Of a stretch of DNA of 64,000 nucleotides, positions 11,171 through 20,751 are shown piece by piece; within the stretch, counting starts at the first letter, position 1, and each line of letters opens with the position of its first letter. The DNA is from an uncultured virus (IMG/VR IMGVR_UViG_3300025705_000475). Taxonomy: Duplodnaviria; Heunggongvirae; Uroviricota; Caudoviricetes. The notes below the pieces were generated by a model. That model saw only the letters and a list, made by a program, of their open reading frames with translations. It searched no databases and had not been told where the DNA came from. The stretch is from IMG/VR virus record IMGVR_UViG_3300025705_000475; one strand, 5' to 3'. The position numbers and the translations under genes are program-made.

Positions 11171-11706
11171 GTAGTTTTTGATATAACCCATTTATACCCT
11201 ACATCTCCACCATTTAATAACCAATTAACATACTCCGTATCTTTTTGTGGTTTTCCTTTAAACGATTCATTTAAAGTAATTGTTTCTTTTTTACTGTCAA
11301 AAAATTGTTTTAATTCTAATAGTTGATTTTTAGAAATTACGTTATTCTCAACTATCTTTTGAGTAACTCTATTAATTCCTTTAGAGTATGATAATCCCTT
11401 TTTCATTTGGCTAATTACAGGTGAAGGGACTCTAATATAATTATTGTTTTCTATAATAACGATTTTAAGGTCACCAGAACCTTTAATTACTCTGTGGTAT
11501 GTCTCTTTATTAATAATATATTTTTGTCCAACCTTAAGGTCCTGAGGTAACTCCTCGTCCATTTGAATCTTCCAACCGTCACTTGATTCTACAAATATAA
11601 TACGGTCGTACTCATCTTTGTGCCATTTTAACTCTTCAGAGTTAACGGATTCATTAAAAACTCTACGTTTTTTATTATGCGATAGTTGTGTGTCTGAATA
11701 TATCAT
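11167..11706 (-). CDS. hypothetical protein, N-terminal cupin-like domain
   Basis: ELKWHKDEYDRII...YHRVIKG cupin-like motifs; ATG at 11706 coupled to the upstream stop. Confidence 0.6.
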   Translation of the reverse strand: MIYSDTQLSHNKKRRVFNESVNSEELKWHKDEYDRIIFVESSDGWKIQMDEELPQDLKVGQKYIINKETYHRVIKGSGDLKIVIIENNNYIRVPSPVISQMKKGLSYSKGINRVTQKIVENNVISKNQLLELKQFFDSKKETITLNESFKGKPQKDTEYVNWLLNGGDVGYKWVISKTT

Positions 11707-13655
11707 TACCAAAATCTACCTGAGACATTTTTACCAAAATCTTTATGTGCTCTACACGCCCAATAACCCGCTTTAGTTTTGTCTTTTTTCTTAACACACT
11801 GATGTCTAGCTGCAAATGATTTACGAGCACCTGGGTCATTCCATTTAGCTGTCATAACAGGGGAACCATACGATACTTTGATTACCTTACCCGTCTTAGG
11901 GTTTTTAACGTACACATACCACTTCTTAGGTCCACCTGACTTAGGTTTGTTTAAACTAACATCTTTACCCTTATATTCGGCTTCAGATAAACCAAATATT
12001 TTTTTAGATTTAGGATTAAGATTCGATGGTTTAATAAGTTTTGCTGGTATTGTTTCTGAATTAGACCTTAATGCTTTTTGTGCTCTATGATTTCCGTCTA
12101 ATATCCATTGAATTTTACCGTTTTCATCTACCATAATTAAAATAGGGTATTGAGATGAGATTTCTACTTGACTAATTCTTTCTATTTCCTCAGGATTATC
12201 ATTCCAGTTTAGAACAATATTAGCTAATTTTTTAGTAGGGAAGTTTATAATTTTAATGTCTTTTGTAAGTTCTAAAATATCTTGAAGAGTTATTTTATCC
12301 TCATCTTTTGACCAAGACGTGTCTGCACCTTGTTCATCAATTTCATTAGCATATGTTCCGTCCCAACTAAATGCTTGTTCATTAACCATTGGGAAATCAA
12401 ACGGTAATCTTTCACCCTTATAATTAAAAAATCTACCTCTATCGGATTCTAATAACTCTACTTCCTCTTCTGACCATTGATTGTAACCTTCACTATATAA
12501 TTTACGTGCTTCGTTAATTACGTCAAAGTATTTGGGACTACCATATCTAAAAACATTTTCAGTTAATGAAAGACTATTATCGATATGATATTGTAATTCT
12601 TCAGATATTACGGTTTTTTCTTTAGTATATGACTTTAAAACTGATTCGATTAATTTAGTATCATCCACTAAATCCTCCTCCTCATCCTCCTTTTTAGTTA
12701 TAGGTAATGGTATTTTTACATCGTCAAATGAATCTAATTTTTTTGGTTGTAATGGTGGGTCCAATAAAAATCGTTGATTAATCCAACTTCTTAATTCATT
12801 TTCAACAAAGAATTCGGGTACCGCCTCATCATCAGGTTGTGTAGATGCGATTTCAGATATGTGATAAGCAAATTTTAATTTATTTTCACTATTCATTAAA
12901 TTCATTAGACCGTCACTTATAAAGAATATTTTACTAAAAGGGTCAGATGGGTTTATATCTCCCTCAGCAAAACTAAACATTTTCATGATTGCTTTTGCCC
13001 ACCAAGATTTATATGATGGAGTTTCTTTTAATGTTGGTCCAAATAACTTATTCGCGGCTCTCATTGCTGAGGTAAACATTCCAGCAACTGCTATCTGTGG
13101 TATAAACCAAGGCATTAAACGTATAAACGCTTTAAATCCACCTTCACCGATATGTTTAGCTAATCTTTTGTTTTTGGCACTATCAACAATACTCTTTAAT
13201 TGTCCGAAAGTTATTGGTCCTTGAGCGTTACAGAACTTTTTAGAGTCGCAAATACTTTTAACTACTTTAGTCGAAACATTAACGTCACCCCCTAATTCCT
13301 CTAATACTAAGTTAACTAACTTATCTATTGATTCATTTTTCTTTTTGTAATTCTTCACTTTAATTCTTGTTGGTTTTTGACCTTTTCCTGTTTGAGTATC
13401 TTTCTTTTCTTTTTCTCGTTTTCTACGACAAGCCGAGTCTTTATCTTTCTGAGACATTTTACCTGCAACACCCGCACCTCTACATACAGGGTACGCACCT
13501 TTGTCGGCATCTTCACGACCACATGGTGGGTGACCACCACCTTTTTTCTTTTTACAAATATTAACCCAAGGACCCTTTGGTTGTTTGGAACCTTTCTTTT
13601 TTTTCTTCTTTCCAAACCAAACGGCTAAATCTTCTGTTAAAATATATTCACTCAT
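11706..13655 (-). CDS. multi-module late protein including a ParB/Srx-like domain
   Basis: PILI..ILDGNHRAQKA ParB-N motif; basic Cys-rich modules at both ends; TATTTAT upstream. Confidence 0.65.
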   Translation of the reverse strand: MSEYILTEDLAVWFGKKKKKKGSKQPKGPWVNICKKKKGGGHPPCGREDADKGAYPVCRGAGVAGKMSQKDKDSACRRKREKEKKDTQTGKGQKPTRIKVKNYKKKNESIDKLVNLVLEELGGDVNVSTKVVKSICDSKKFCNAQGPITFGQLKSIVDSAKNKRLAKHIGEGGFKAFIRLMPWFIPQIAVAGMFTSAMRAANKLFGPTLKETPSYKSWWAKAIMKMFSFAEGDINPSDPFSKIFFISDGLMNLMNSENKLKFAYHISEIASTQPDDEAVPEFFVENELRSWINQRFLLDPPLQPKKLDSFDDVKIPLPITKKEDEEEDLVDDTKLIESVLKSYTKEKTVISEELQYHIDNSLSLTENVFRYGSPKYFDVINEARKLYSEGYNQWSEEEVELLESDRGRFFNYKGERLPFDFPMVNEQAFSWDGTYANEIDEQGADTSWSKDEDKITLQDILELTKDIKIINFPTKKLANIVLNWNDNPEEIERISQVEISSQYPILIMVDENGKIQWILDGNHRAQKALRSNSETIPAKLIKPSNLNPKSKKIFGLSEAEYKGKDVSLNKPKSGGPKKWYVYVKNPKTGKVIKVSYGSPVMTAKWNDPGARKSFAARHQCVKKKDKTKAGYWACRAHKDFGKNVSGRFW

Positions 13656-13735
13656 ACTTGATTATTACTATACTTCATTTATCTATTAATAAATATAACA
13701 AGAAATAAACTTATTCATTAAATAAAAAAAACAAA

Positions 13736-14137
13736 ATGGCTAAAGCTAAAAAGACAACGTCTGACGAGACAACGAAACCAACAGCTAGAAAGACTAGAAC
13801 TAAAAAAACTGAAACTAAACCTGTAGAGGAAAAGGTAAGTGAAGTTTTAGAAGGTCAAGGTACCGAACAATCTGTTGATGAACAACCAAAACCTATTGGA
13901 ACATTATTTGACACTATAAACTATACTAATCTTCAAGATTTAGATAAGTTTGTACAGAACTTAAATGGTGACCAATCATTGTACTGTGTAGTACACGCAG
14001 CTAAATCAGCACACAAACGAGGTGCATTTAGTATTGAAGAGTCTGAAGTGATTTCAAGAGCTATCAGAGTGTTAACTACACCTCCTGAGGATAAAGAAAA
14101 ATCAGTTCCTGACCCTGAAGTACACAAAGCAAATTAA
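13736..14137 (+). CDS. hypothetical protein with Lys/Thr-rich N-terminus
   Basis: 133-aa ORF followed by a terminator hairpin. Confidence 0.65.
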   Translation: MAKAKKTTSDETTKPTARKTRTKKTETKPVEEKVSEVLEGQGTEQSVDEQPKPIGTLFDTINYTNLQDLDKFVQNLNGDQSLYCVVHAAKSAHKRGAFSIEESEVISRAIRVLTTPPEDKEKSVPDPEVHKAN

Positions 14138-14144
14138 TTAAATT

Positions 14145-14169
14145 AAAAAGGGACATTGTCCCTTTTTTT
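14145..14169 (+). terminator. intrinsic terminator
   Basis: AAAAAGGGAC-att-GTCCCTTTTTTT. Confidence 0.7.
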
Positions 14170-14188
14170 ATGCAAAAAAAAATACATT

Positions 14189-14389
14189 ATGACTAGAAGT
14201 GAAATAAGTACTAAAATTGTGAAAAATGAAATGATTATGATGAAGGCACGTAATAATGGTCATAAACCAAATGATGGCGATAAGTTTCAACCATTAAGAA
14301 TTGAAAATGAAATTTTAAGATGTATGTATTTTGGGGAAGACTCCCCTCATTGTATTAGAAACTATACAAATAAAAAAGGGGACCAATAA
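14189..14389 (+). CDS. hypothetical protein
   Basis: ATG at 14189 after an A-rich leader. Confidence 0.45.
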   Translation: MTRSEISTKIVKNEMIMMKARNNGHKPNDGDKFQPLRIENEILRCMYFGEDSPHCIRNYTNKKGDQ

Positions 14390-14399
14390 GGTCCCCTTT
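14372..14399. terminator. bidirectional terminator downstream of the capsid gene
   Basis: AAAAAAGGGGACC-aataa-GGTCCCCTTT between convergent genes. Confidence 0.75.
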
Positions 14400-14419
14400 A
14401 ATATTCCTATTAAGATATA

Positions 14420-16180
14420 TTATCTTAAAGAGTTCAAGTCAAATGTTCTAACACCATCAACTACGATTCTACCATAGAAACGGTTATTAACCATTTTCTT
14501 AGCGTATCTCGTCATAATACCCTTTATCGGAGTAAAGTTGAACGGGTTATACATTGTAGGTGTCAACTGTAATGGTACATACGGTGCGTAAACGTACCCT
14601 GTATCCAATAATGAAGAACCTTTATGTCCCAATAAAACAGTGTTTGGTGGGAAGTAAGGGTCTCTGTACACTTGGTATCTACCTGATAATGTACCTACTC
14701 TTTCAATACCCATGTTGTATTGGTCTTGGTCTGGAGCCGCATTTGATACGTGGAAGTATTCCAAGTCATCAAAGATAGCTGAAATTTCCGAAGAAACAAC
14801 AATCCAGTTAGCTCCACCTCTTAATGTAGATTTGTGAATTTGAGCTGAGATTTGGTTAATCGCAGTAATCAATGTCTGATTCCAGTCTTTTTGGTTATAG
14901 TTAACTGAACCATTAGACACTCTCTTCCATCCGTTGTAATCCCAACGTAATGTCCAAGCCGCACCTTTTCTTAAGTCTCTTAAGATTTCACGGTCAATTT
15001 CAGCAGCCACTTGTTCTGATAATAAAGCTGTTAATTCAGCCTCAGCATCAATGTTATGGAATGCAGAAACATCTTGTGCTAATTCTGGAGACCACTGTGC
15101 TCTTAGTTTTCTTTCTGTAACCGATACAGTAACTGCATCAAGGTCGAAAGAAACTTCACCCATTTGGTCTTCGAATTCTAAGTCAGCATATACTCTGTAA
15201 GATGCTACGAAGTCATTTACTGCAACAGCAGTGTCAAATGTAGTACCTGTATAACCATCGATTGAACAGTTAGCACATCCTTCAACAGGTTTTGAAGTAT
15301 CAACTGATAAATAGATTACACCGTCAGCGGTACAAATATCATCATACTTACCACCTGGTCCTGTGTAAGTTCCTGGAGGGAAGTTAGTTGAAGCTTCGTT
15401 ACCGTATTGAACGATACCTTTACCATACTTCTGTGTTACCACGTTAAAGTTATAGAAAGTACTACCACTACTTATTTCTAATGATGCTAAGAAATCCTCA
15501 GTATCTTGTTCGTTACCTGTAGGTCCGATTAATTTACCTTGACCTGCTGATGCGAATCCTGATAATGCAACTAAGACAGTTCTTTGATTACCTGTGTAAG
15601 CTTGTCCTCCAGTTGTTGGTGCAACTACTAATGTTGAACCATCCCATATTACTGGTGTAGTACCTACTGTAAGACCTGAAAACGCTCCTTTAGAGTAATC
15701 GAATAACCCAGCTGGGTCTGAATTCGGTGCAGAACCTTCGTAAAATCTATCATAAAGGTTTTTACCACCATCATAGTTTTCTTCAGTACTTGATGGTCCA
15801 TTAGGTGCTCCGAAAGGTGCAACATGTGTTCCATCAGCATTTCTGTTCTGAATTTTAGGTACAAAGTAGAATAATTTACCGATTGGTAAGTTCATCGCTT
15901 GTACTGATACAATATCATTAGCTAATAATTTAGAGAATACTCTTCTAATGATAGGGAAGACTACTGTTTCAAATGAACCTGAGTTATCTGAAGCAGATGC
16001 TTCGTTAATTAAGTGAGACGCTTGGTTTTCATATAATTGTGCCATGTTCTCTTTTACGTGACCTTTAAGACCCTCTAGGAATCCTAATTTGTCCCATTTG
16101 TTGATTGTGTCTTCTTTGATAACTTTAAGGTGTTTTAACCCAATATTACCAACAAGACCTGATTCTAATAATGCTCCCAT
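14420..16180 (-). CDS. major capsid protein (T4 gp23-like)
   Basis: IVSVQAMNLPIG, RKLRAQWSPELAQD..AFHNIDAEAELTALLSEQVAAEIDREIL, YAPYVPL, GIMTRYA. Confidence 0.95.
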   Translation of the reverse strand: MGALLESGLVGNIGLKHLKVIKEDTINKWDKLGFLEGLKGHVKENMAQLYENQASHLINEASASDNSGSFETVVFPIIRRVFSKLLANDIVSVQAMNLPIGKLFYFVPKIQNRNADGTHVAPFGAPNGPSSTEENYDGGKNLYDRFYEGSAPNSDPAGLFDYSKGAFSGLTVGTTPVIWDGSTLVVAPTTGGQAYTGNQRTVLVALSGFASAGQGKLIGPTGNEQDTEDFLASLEISSGSTFYNFNVVTQKYGKGIVQYGNEASTNFPPGTYTGPGGKYDDICTADGVIYLSVDTSKPVEGCANCSIDGYTGTTFDTAVAVNDFVASYRVYADLEFEDQMGEVSFDLDAVTVSVTERKLRAQWSPELAQDVSAFHNIDAEAELTALLSEQVAAEIDREILRDLRKGAAWTLRWDYNGWKRVSNGSVNYNQKDWNQTLITAINQISAQIHKSTLRGGANWIVVSSEISAIFDDLEYFHVSNAAPDQDQYNMGIERVGTLSGRYQVYRDPYFPPNTVLLGHKGSSLLDTGYVYAPYVPLQLTPTMYNPFNFTPIKGIMTRYAKKMVNNRFYGRIVVDGVRTFDLNSLR

Positions 16181-16204
16181 TTTAGTATTTGTTTTTTTTA
16201 AATT

Positions 16205-17689
16205 TTATTTTTGAAGTTTACCCATTAAATCCTTCATTCTCATGAACTGAGGATTTTCGTAAGTTTTACTTTCGATAAGATTTGTAGCAGAACCTTTAGA
16301 TGGTGATTTCTGTACTTTAGATGCAACTGATTCAGTTACAACTGCAGAACTTCCTTTCGAGTCTAAATCTTCTTTTACAGTCTTATAAAGACTTTTCGAT
16401 TCTTTGATTGTTTCAGCAGAATCAAAACGTCTTAAAATGTTTATTTTTTCTTGTTTTGTTGTCGAATGCTCAGTAAACAGTCGAGTTGCATATGCTAGAT
16501 TTGAATTGAAAACAGCAACTTCATTAAGTTTTTCTTTAAAGATGTTAAGTGCCTTACGGTACTCTTCATTTTTTTCTCTTAATTGTTTTACTTCTTTCTC
16601 AAGTGATTCATTGTACCTCGCTCTATTAGGAATAGAATGTGGTTTTGGTAAACCTTTAGACTTGTCAGATGAAGCTTTAGAACCCGCAGCGTGACTTCTC
16701 ACCATACCTTCTTTAGCTTCTTCATAATCTTTAAAGTGTCCATCTTTACCTTCACCAGCTTTCTTTTCAACACCGTCTACATCCTTACGTCTGTATTCGT
16801 GTTTCTTAGAACCCCAATCCTCTTTTGCTTCTTCGTAATCTTTAAAGTGTCCACCTTTACCTTCACCAGCTTTCTTTTCAACACCGTCTACATCCTTACG
16901 TCTGTATTCGTGTTTCTTAGAACCCCAATTCTCCTTAGCTTCAGTTTTCTCAGCGTCATCTTCCATATCGTCTTCTAAGTCTTCGATATGTGCCGCGTCG
17001 TCTTCTTCCGCACCGTGATAGTGGTCGTACTCTTCATCGTCTTCTTCACCAAGTTCAATTTCATAAACTACTTCGTCACCTTCGTTAGATTCTTCGTAGT
17101 CCTTATGAGATTTAGGGTCGTCATCTTTTTTACCTCCGAATTCCTCCATTTGAATTTGATATTCAACATCAGCCTCATCATCTTTAAGTGTGATTTCGTC
17201 ACCGTCTTGTGTAACAACGATTCCGTCTTCTTCACCCATAGCTTTAAAGACCTTAAGGATTTCTTCGTCAGATGCACCTGTAAGGTCGAGTGGTAAAAGA
17301 ATTTCTTCTTCATCATCCACTTCTAACTCATCACCTGGTAAATCCATCATAAGCATTTCATCAGTATCAATTTCCATATCATCCTCATCCTCATCGGATT
17401 CGTCTTCAATGTCCATGTCAACATCTAGTTCCATGTCGTCTTCAATGTCAAGTTCGTCTTGTTCTTTTGTTTCGTGTTTTACACCTTTTTCAATTCCTTG
17501 ACCTTCCATTGCTTCAACAGACACTTCGTCTTCAATCTCATCTTCACTTAGAGATTCTTTTACTAATTCACTGATTTCTTCCTTCATAGTAGAAGCAAGT
17601 ATTCCTTTTGCATTCTCCGTAACGGCTTCCTTCAAATTTTCCATTTGTAGTAGCGCTTCTTCAACTAAGTTTTGTTTTTTTTGTGCCAT
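16205..17689 (-). CDS. prohead core/scaffold protein (gp22-like)
   Basis: Highly acidic with C-terminal coiled coil; directly upstream of the capsid gene. Confidence 0.75.
   Translation of the reverse strand: MAQKKQNLVEEALLQMENLKEAVTENAKGILASTMKEEISELVKESLSEDEIEDEVSVEAMEGQGIEKGVKHETKEQDELDIEDDMELDVDMDIEDESDEDEDDMEIDTDEMLMMDLPGDELEVDDEEEILLPLDLTGASDEEILKVFKAMGEEDGIVVTQDGDEITLKDDEADVEYQIQMEEFGGKKDDDPKSHKDYEESNEGDEVVYEIELGEEDDEEYDHYHGAEEDDAAHIEDLEDDMEDDAEKTEAKENWGSKKHEYRRKDVDGVEKKAGEGKGGHFKDYEEAKEDWGSKKHEYRRKDVDGVEKKAGEGKDGHFKDYEEAKEGMVRSHAAGSKASSDKSKGLPKPHSIPNRARYNESLEKEVKQLREKNEEYRKALNIFKEKLNEVAVFNSNLAYATRLFTEHSTTKQEKINILRRFDSAETIKESKSLYKTVKEDLDSKGSSAVVTESVASKVQKSPSKGSATNLIESKTYENPQFMRMKDLMGKLQK
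16710..16942 (-). repeat. near-perfect 111-bp tandem duplication (37 aa) inside the scaffold gene
   Basis: WGSKKHEYRRKDVDGVEKKAGEGKxGHFKDYEEAKE twice; GTTTCTTAGA at 16801 and 16912. Confidence 0.9.
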
Positions 17690-17778
17690 TTTAGTTATTT
17701 TTTTGCAAAATGTTTATTTATAGTTTTTATAATAAATATACACGAATTAAAAAAAAATCACTTTATAAAACAATAGGC

Positions 17779-17806
17779 AAAAAAAAATCGGGGTTTACCC
17801 GATTTT
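17779..17806 (-). terminator. intrinsic terminator
   Basis: AAAATCGGG-gttta-CCCGATTTT with a long A tract on + (U tract on -). Confidence 0.7.
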
Positions 17807-17831
17807 AATTTTATAATATGTATGTGAAGTA

Positions 17832-18041
17832 TTACTCGATTACTTCATCAATTTTACTTTCGACACATGCAGATATTCTCCAATCGTGAGTAAAACCTTC
17901 AAAGGCTTTAGTAACTTTAGCCTCAACATCTGTTACGTTAAAACCTTTAACTAATTTTTCTTCTCTGATTTTTTTAATCTTACCTGAATGCTCGTCTGGC
18001 ATATCATACTGAATTTTTGCTACAAAATACTTTTCTTCCAT
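17832..18041 (-). CDS. DUF4494-like small protein
   Basis: YFVAKIQY..GKIKKIREEKLV...VTDVEAKV pattern resembles the Bacteroidota DUF4494 family. Confidence 0.55.
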   Translation of the reverse strand: MEEKYFVAKIQYDMPDEHSGKIKKIREEKLVKGFNVTDVEAKVTKAFEGFTHDWRISACVESKIDEVIE

Positions 18042-18065
18042 TTTATTTTTTTTTCTTAGTTTTAA

Positions 18066-18788
18066 TTAATACCCTAAATAATCGGTTAATTTTTTCATTA
18101 AGTCAAGTGATTTGTCTAAACCTTTTTCAGGTTCACTATTTACACTTCTTTGTTTTGTCTCTTCTTCAATGTTCTCATCGTACTTCATTCTATCATCTTG
18201 ATTAAGGAATAAGTAAGCTCCTGGTGTTGATGGTGAGGATACTAAATCAAAACAAATTAATTCAAAATCGTCCTGCACTTCATTCCTTTCACCTTTTTTA
18301 ACTAAAGAACCTACACCACGAGATGATACCCCCATAGTGACTCCCTGTCTCATAAGATTCGCTGCTTGGTCTCCTGGACATGATACAACACCTGTTTTAT
18401 GAAAACCTGGTGATGTCAATAATTTTATTTTACCCATTAGAACATTACCTTCCCACCACATATCAGTTATTAAGTGTGATACACGGTCTAAGTCGATAAG
18501 TGACGATTCAGGGTGATTAAGTTCTGATATCGATAATCCTTTCTTTATTGCCTCTTGGTATTTTTCACCTTCTCTCCTTAATATTGATTCGGGATATATT
18601 CTACCGTTTCTATTTGGTGTGTCGTATTTTTGTAATACTGCGTAAAACTCAAAAGGTTTAGAATGGTCTAATTGACCGTATGATTCTTTTATAATATCGG
18701 CGTTACGTTTATCGTTTGGGTTTATAAAACCGGCATCCCACTCAATTAAAATCCCTTTACCCGTATCATTTGGTCCTAATATTTTCAT
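18066..18788 (-). CDS. prohead maturation protease (T4 gp21-like)
   Basis: NRNGRIYP, ELNHP, RVSH, GVSSRGVGS, FDLVSSPSTPGA. Confidence 0.92.
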   Translation of the reverse strand: MKILGPNDTGKGILIEWDAGFINPNDKRNADIIKESYGQLDHSKPFEFYAVLQKYDTPNRNGRIYPESILRREGEKYQEAIKKGLSISELNHPESSLIDLDRVSHLITDMWWEGNVLMGKIKLLTSPGFHKTGVVSCPGDQAANLMRQGVTMGVSSRGVGSLVKKGERNEVQDDFELICFDLVSSPSTPGAYLFLNQDDRMKYDENIEEETKQRSVNSEPEKGLDKSLDLMKKLTDYLGY

Positions 18789-18815
18789 ATCTTTTATTTT
18801 ATAAATATGCTACGT

Positions 18816-19202
18816 TTAGTATTCCATCGAGATAAAAACGTCCCATTCACTTATTCTTATTGGAGTTACTCTTAATAATTGGTTTATTTTGTCACTAACG
18901 AATATCTTATATTCTGTTGTTAAAACAGAATCGTCACCTTCTCCTGAGAAAAAAACGTAGTTATTCGCGAAGTCTGTAACTTCCTGTCCTTTATAAATTA
19001 CTTTACCAATTTCAACCCGAACACTTATATCTTCGTCTTGAATATCACCTTCTATCATAACACTACTTGGTAAAATAAAAGTGTCCCCATAACCAAATTC
19101 ATATATAAATTTTTTAGGGTCTATAAGATTATTAAGATTATCTACAAGCGTATTTGCTTCAAATAATCTTAATAATTGACTTTCATTAATTACGACTTTC
19201 AT
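18816..19202 (-). CDS. hypothetical late protein with leader peptide
   Basis: Starts MKVVINESQLLRLFE; TATTTATA upstream. Confidence 0.65.
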   Translation of the reverse strand: MKVVINESQLLRLFEANTLVDNLNNLIDPKKFIYEFGYGDTFILPSSVMIEGDIQDEDISVRVEIGKVIYKGQEVTDFANNYVFFSGEGDDSVLTTEYKIFVSDKINQLLRVTPIRISEWDVFISMEY

Positions 19203-19226
19203 TTAGTTGTTTTAACTATAAATAGA

Positions 19227-19664
19227 TTAAACAGACTGTTTTTTAGTTTTATGTAGTATAAAATATTTTGATTTCATTAACGGATACCCATATAATGTAT
19301 TAACTATTTGTTTTATCCTGTCTCTAAGTATCAACGATTTAAAGTCTATTTGTTCTTTTACAAATAATGTTACCTCTAAATTCATAAAACTTCTTTTACC
19401 TAATTGTATACCACTACTTCTTAAATCTAAATCGACTATGTTATGTTTTTCAAATAATAACGGGTCCACCGATTCTAATAAGTGATGTTTAATGTCCCTC
19501 TCTAACATACCTGTCGTTCTAACCCAATTATGAGCCGTCATTGTTGGTTCCACCCAACTTTGTATGAGAATATAAACTGATTTTAATTTTTTTGCATCTA
19601 CTGTTCCATAACTACATTTCGCGTTTTCGTATCCCGTTAATTGGGACGTTTTTCCTTTTTTCAT
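19227..19664 (-). CDS. hypothetical protein
   Basis: 145-aa ORF divergent from rpsU. Confidence 0.7.
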   Translation of the reverse strand: MKKGKTSQLTGYENAKCSYGTVDAKKLKSVYILIQSWVEPTMTAHNWVRTTGMLERDIKHHLLESVDPLLFEKHNIVDLDLRSSGIQLGKRSFMNLEVTLFVKEQIDFKSLILRDRIKQIVNTLYGYPLMKSKYFILHKTKKQSV

Positions 19665-19772
19665 ATAAATTCATAATATCTAATGTTTATTTGTTCGTTA
19701 AAAATATAACCATAAAAAGTACGATTGTCAAAATATTGATAAGTTGAATATATTTATTATAATAAGTCATGT

Positions 19773-19964
19773 ATGTTAATAATAGAAATAGGAAAAAAAG
19801 AAAATATCGAAAGAGCCTTAAAAAGGTATAAGAATAAAGTTTATAAGACTAAACAGTTGGATAGACTTCGAGAGGAAAAAGAGTTTACTAAGAAGTCTAC
19901 TAAGAGACGTAAACAAAAACAAAAAGCCATTTATATCCAAAAAATAAAGGATTCAGAAATCTGA
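19773..19964 (+). CDS. rpsU: ribosomal protein bS21
   Basis: MLIIEI..ENIERALKRYKNK...EFTKKSTKRR..KAIY; Flavobacterium-like sequence. Confidence 0.9.
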   Translation: MLIIEIGKKENIERALKRYKNKVYKTKQLDRLREEKEFTKKSTKRRKQKQKAIYIQKIKDSEI

Positions 19965-19997
19965 ACCCTTTTTTTATTTTATATATGTAATTTAAAG

Positions 19998-20732
19998 TTA
20001 TAAACCGTGTTCTAATTGTTTTAACTTATAAAGTGAAGTTAATGAAATTTCGGACTCATTAATATGATTTATAGTCTGATTTACTTTTTCATGTAAATCT
20101 TCATCATTCGATTCATTAATTTTTTCAGTTAATTTTTCTAATACAATACTTTTAGAATTTACAATCTCTTCAGCTAATTCAGTCTTAGAGAGTGATAAAA
20201 GAGTTTTTAATTCTTTTTTATCTTCCTCACTGATATCACTATATTCCTTATTAAATGTGTTTGTTGCTATTTTTAACATAGAACTTAAAGGAATGTTAAC
20301 TGATTCGTTAATTTTTATATCCTCTTTATTTTCACCTAATAACTTTTTTATATTATTTTTACACTCTAAAACTTCTTCTAAGTTTCTAACTGAGTTATTA
20401 TAAACCACAGTATCAATATCGGTATAGTTGTTATCTGAATTATTTTTTAATCCTTCAGAAACCCACATATTGATTTCTTTAATTTTTTTATCCTCAGTAG
20501 TTAATATATTTTTTATTGTTTCAATACATTCATTTACGTAGTCATCAACAATTTCTTTGGATAAACCTTTTTTCTTGGAAAGTTCATCATAAAGAAAATA
20601 TGCTTCAGCAAGTTTCTCGTTCTCAATTACATGATTTTTAAATGACTTCATATTGGTTTTAAACGAATTTTTACCATATGACTTAGTCATTAAAGATTCT
20701 ATATTTGATTTTATTTGTCCGAATTTATTCAT
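19998..20732 (-). CDS. hypothetical late protein downstream of the portal
   Basis: Likely start ATG at 20732 (MNKFGQIK), downstream of TATTTATA. Confidence 0.7.
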   Translation of the reverse strand: MNKFGQIKSNIESLMTKSYGKNSFKTNMKSFKNHVIENEKLAEAYFLYDELSKKKGLSKEIVDDYVNECIETIKNILTTEDKKIKEINMWVSEGLKNNSDNNYTDIDTVVYNNSVRNLEEVLECKNNIKKLLGENKEDIKINESVNIPLSSMLKIATNTFNKEYSDISEEDKKELKTLLSLSKTELAEEIVNSKSIVLEKLTEKINESNDEDLHEKVNQTINHINESEISLTSLYKLKQLEHGL

Positions 20733-20751
20733 AACGTTTTTATTATAAATA

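Noticed and set aside
16710..16942. Long direct repeat as an insertion-element or att signature
   Set aside because: Tandem, in frame, with no intervening element or recombinase.
16404..17501. Several opposite-strand ORFs over the scaffold (also over the portal, terminase and 27241-28464)
   Set aside because: Ser/Phe-rich antisense shadows of acidic genes, with no promoter or family motif.
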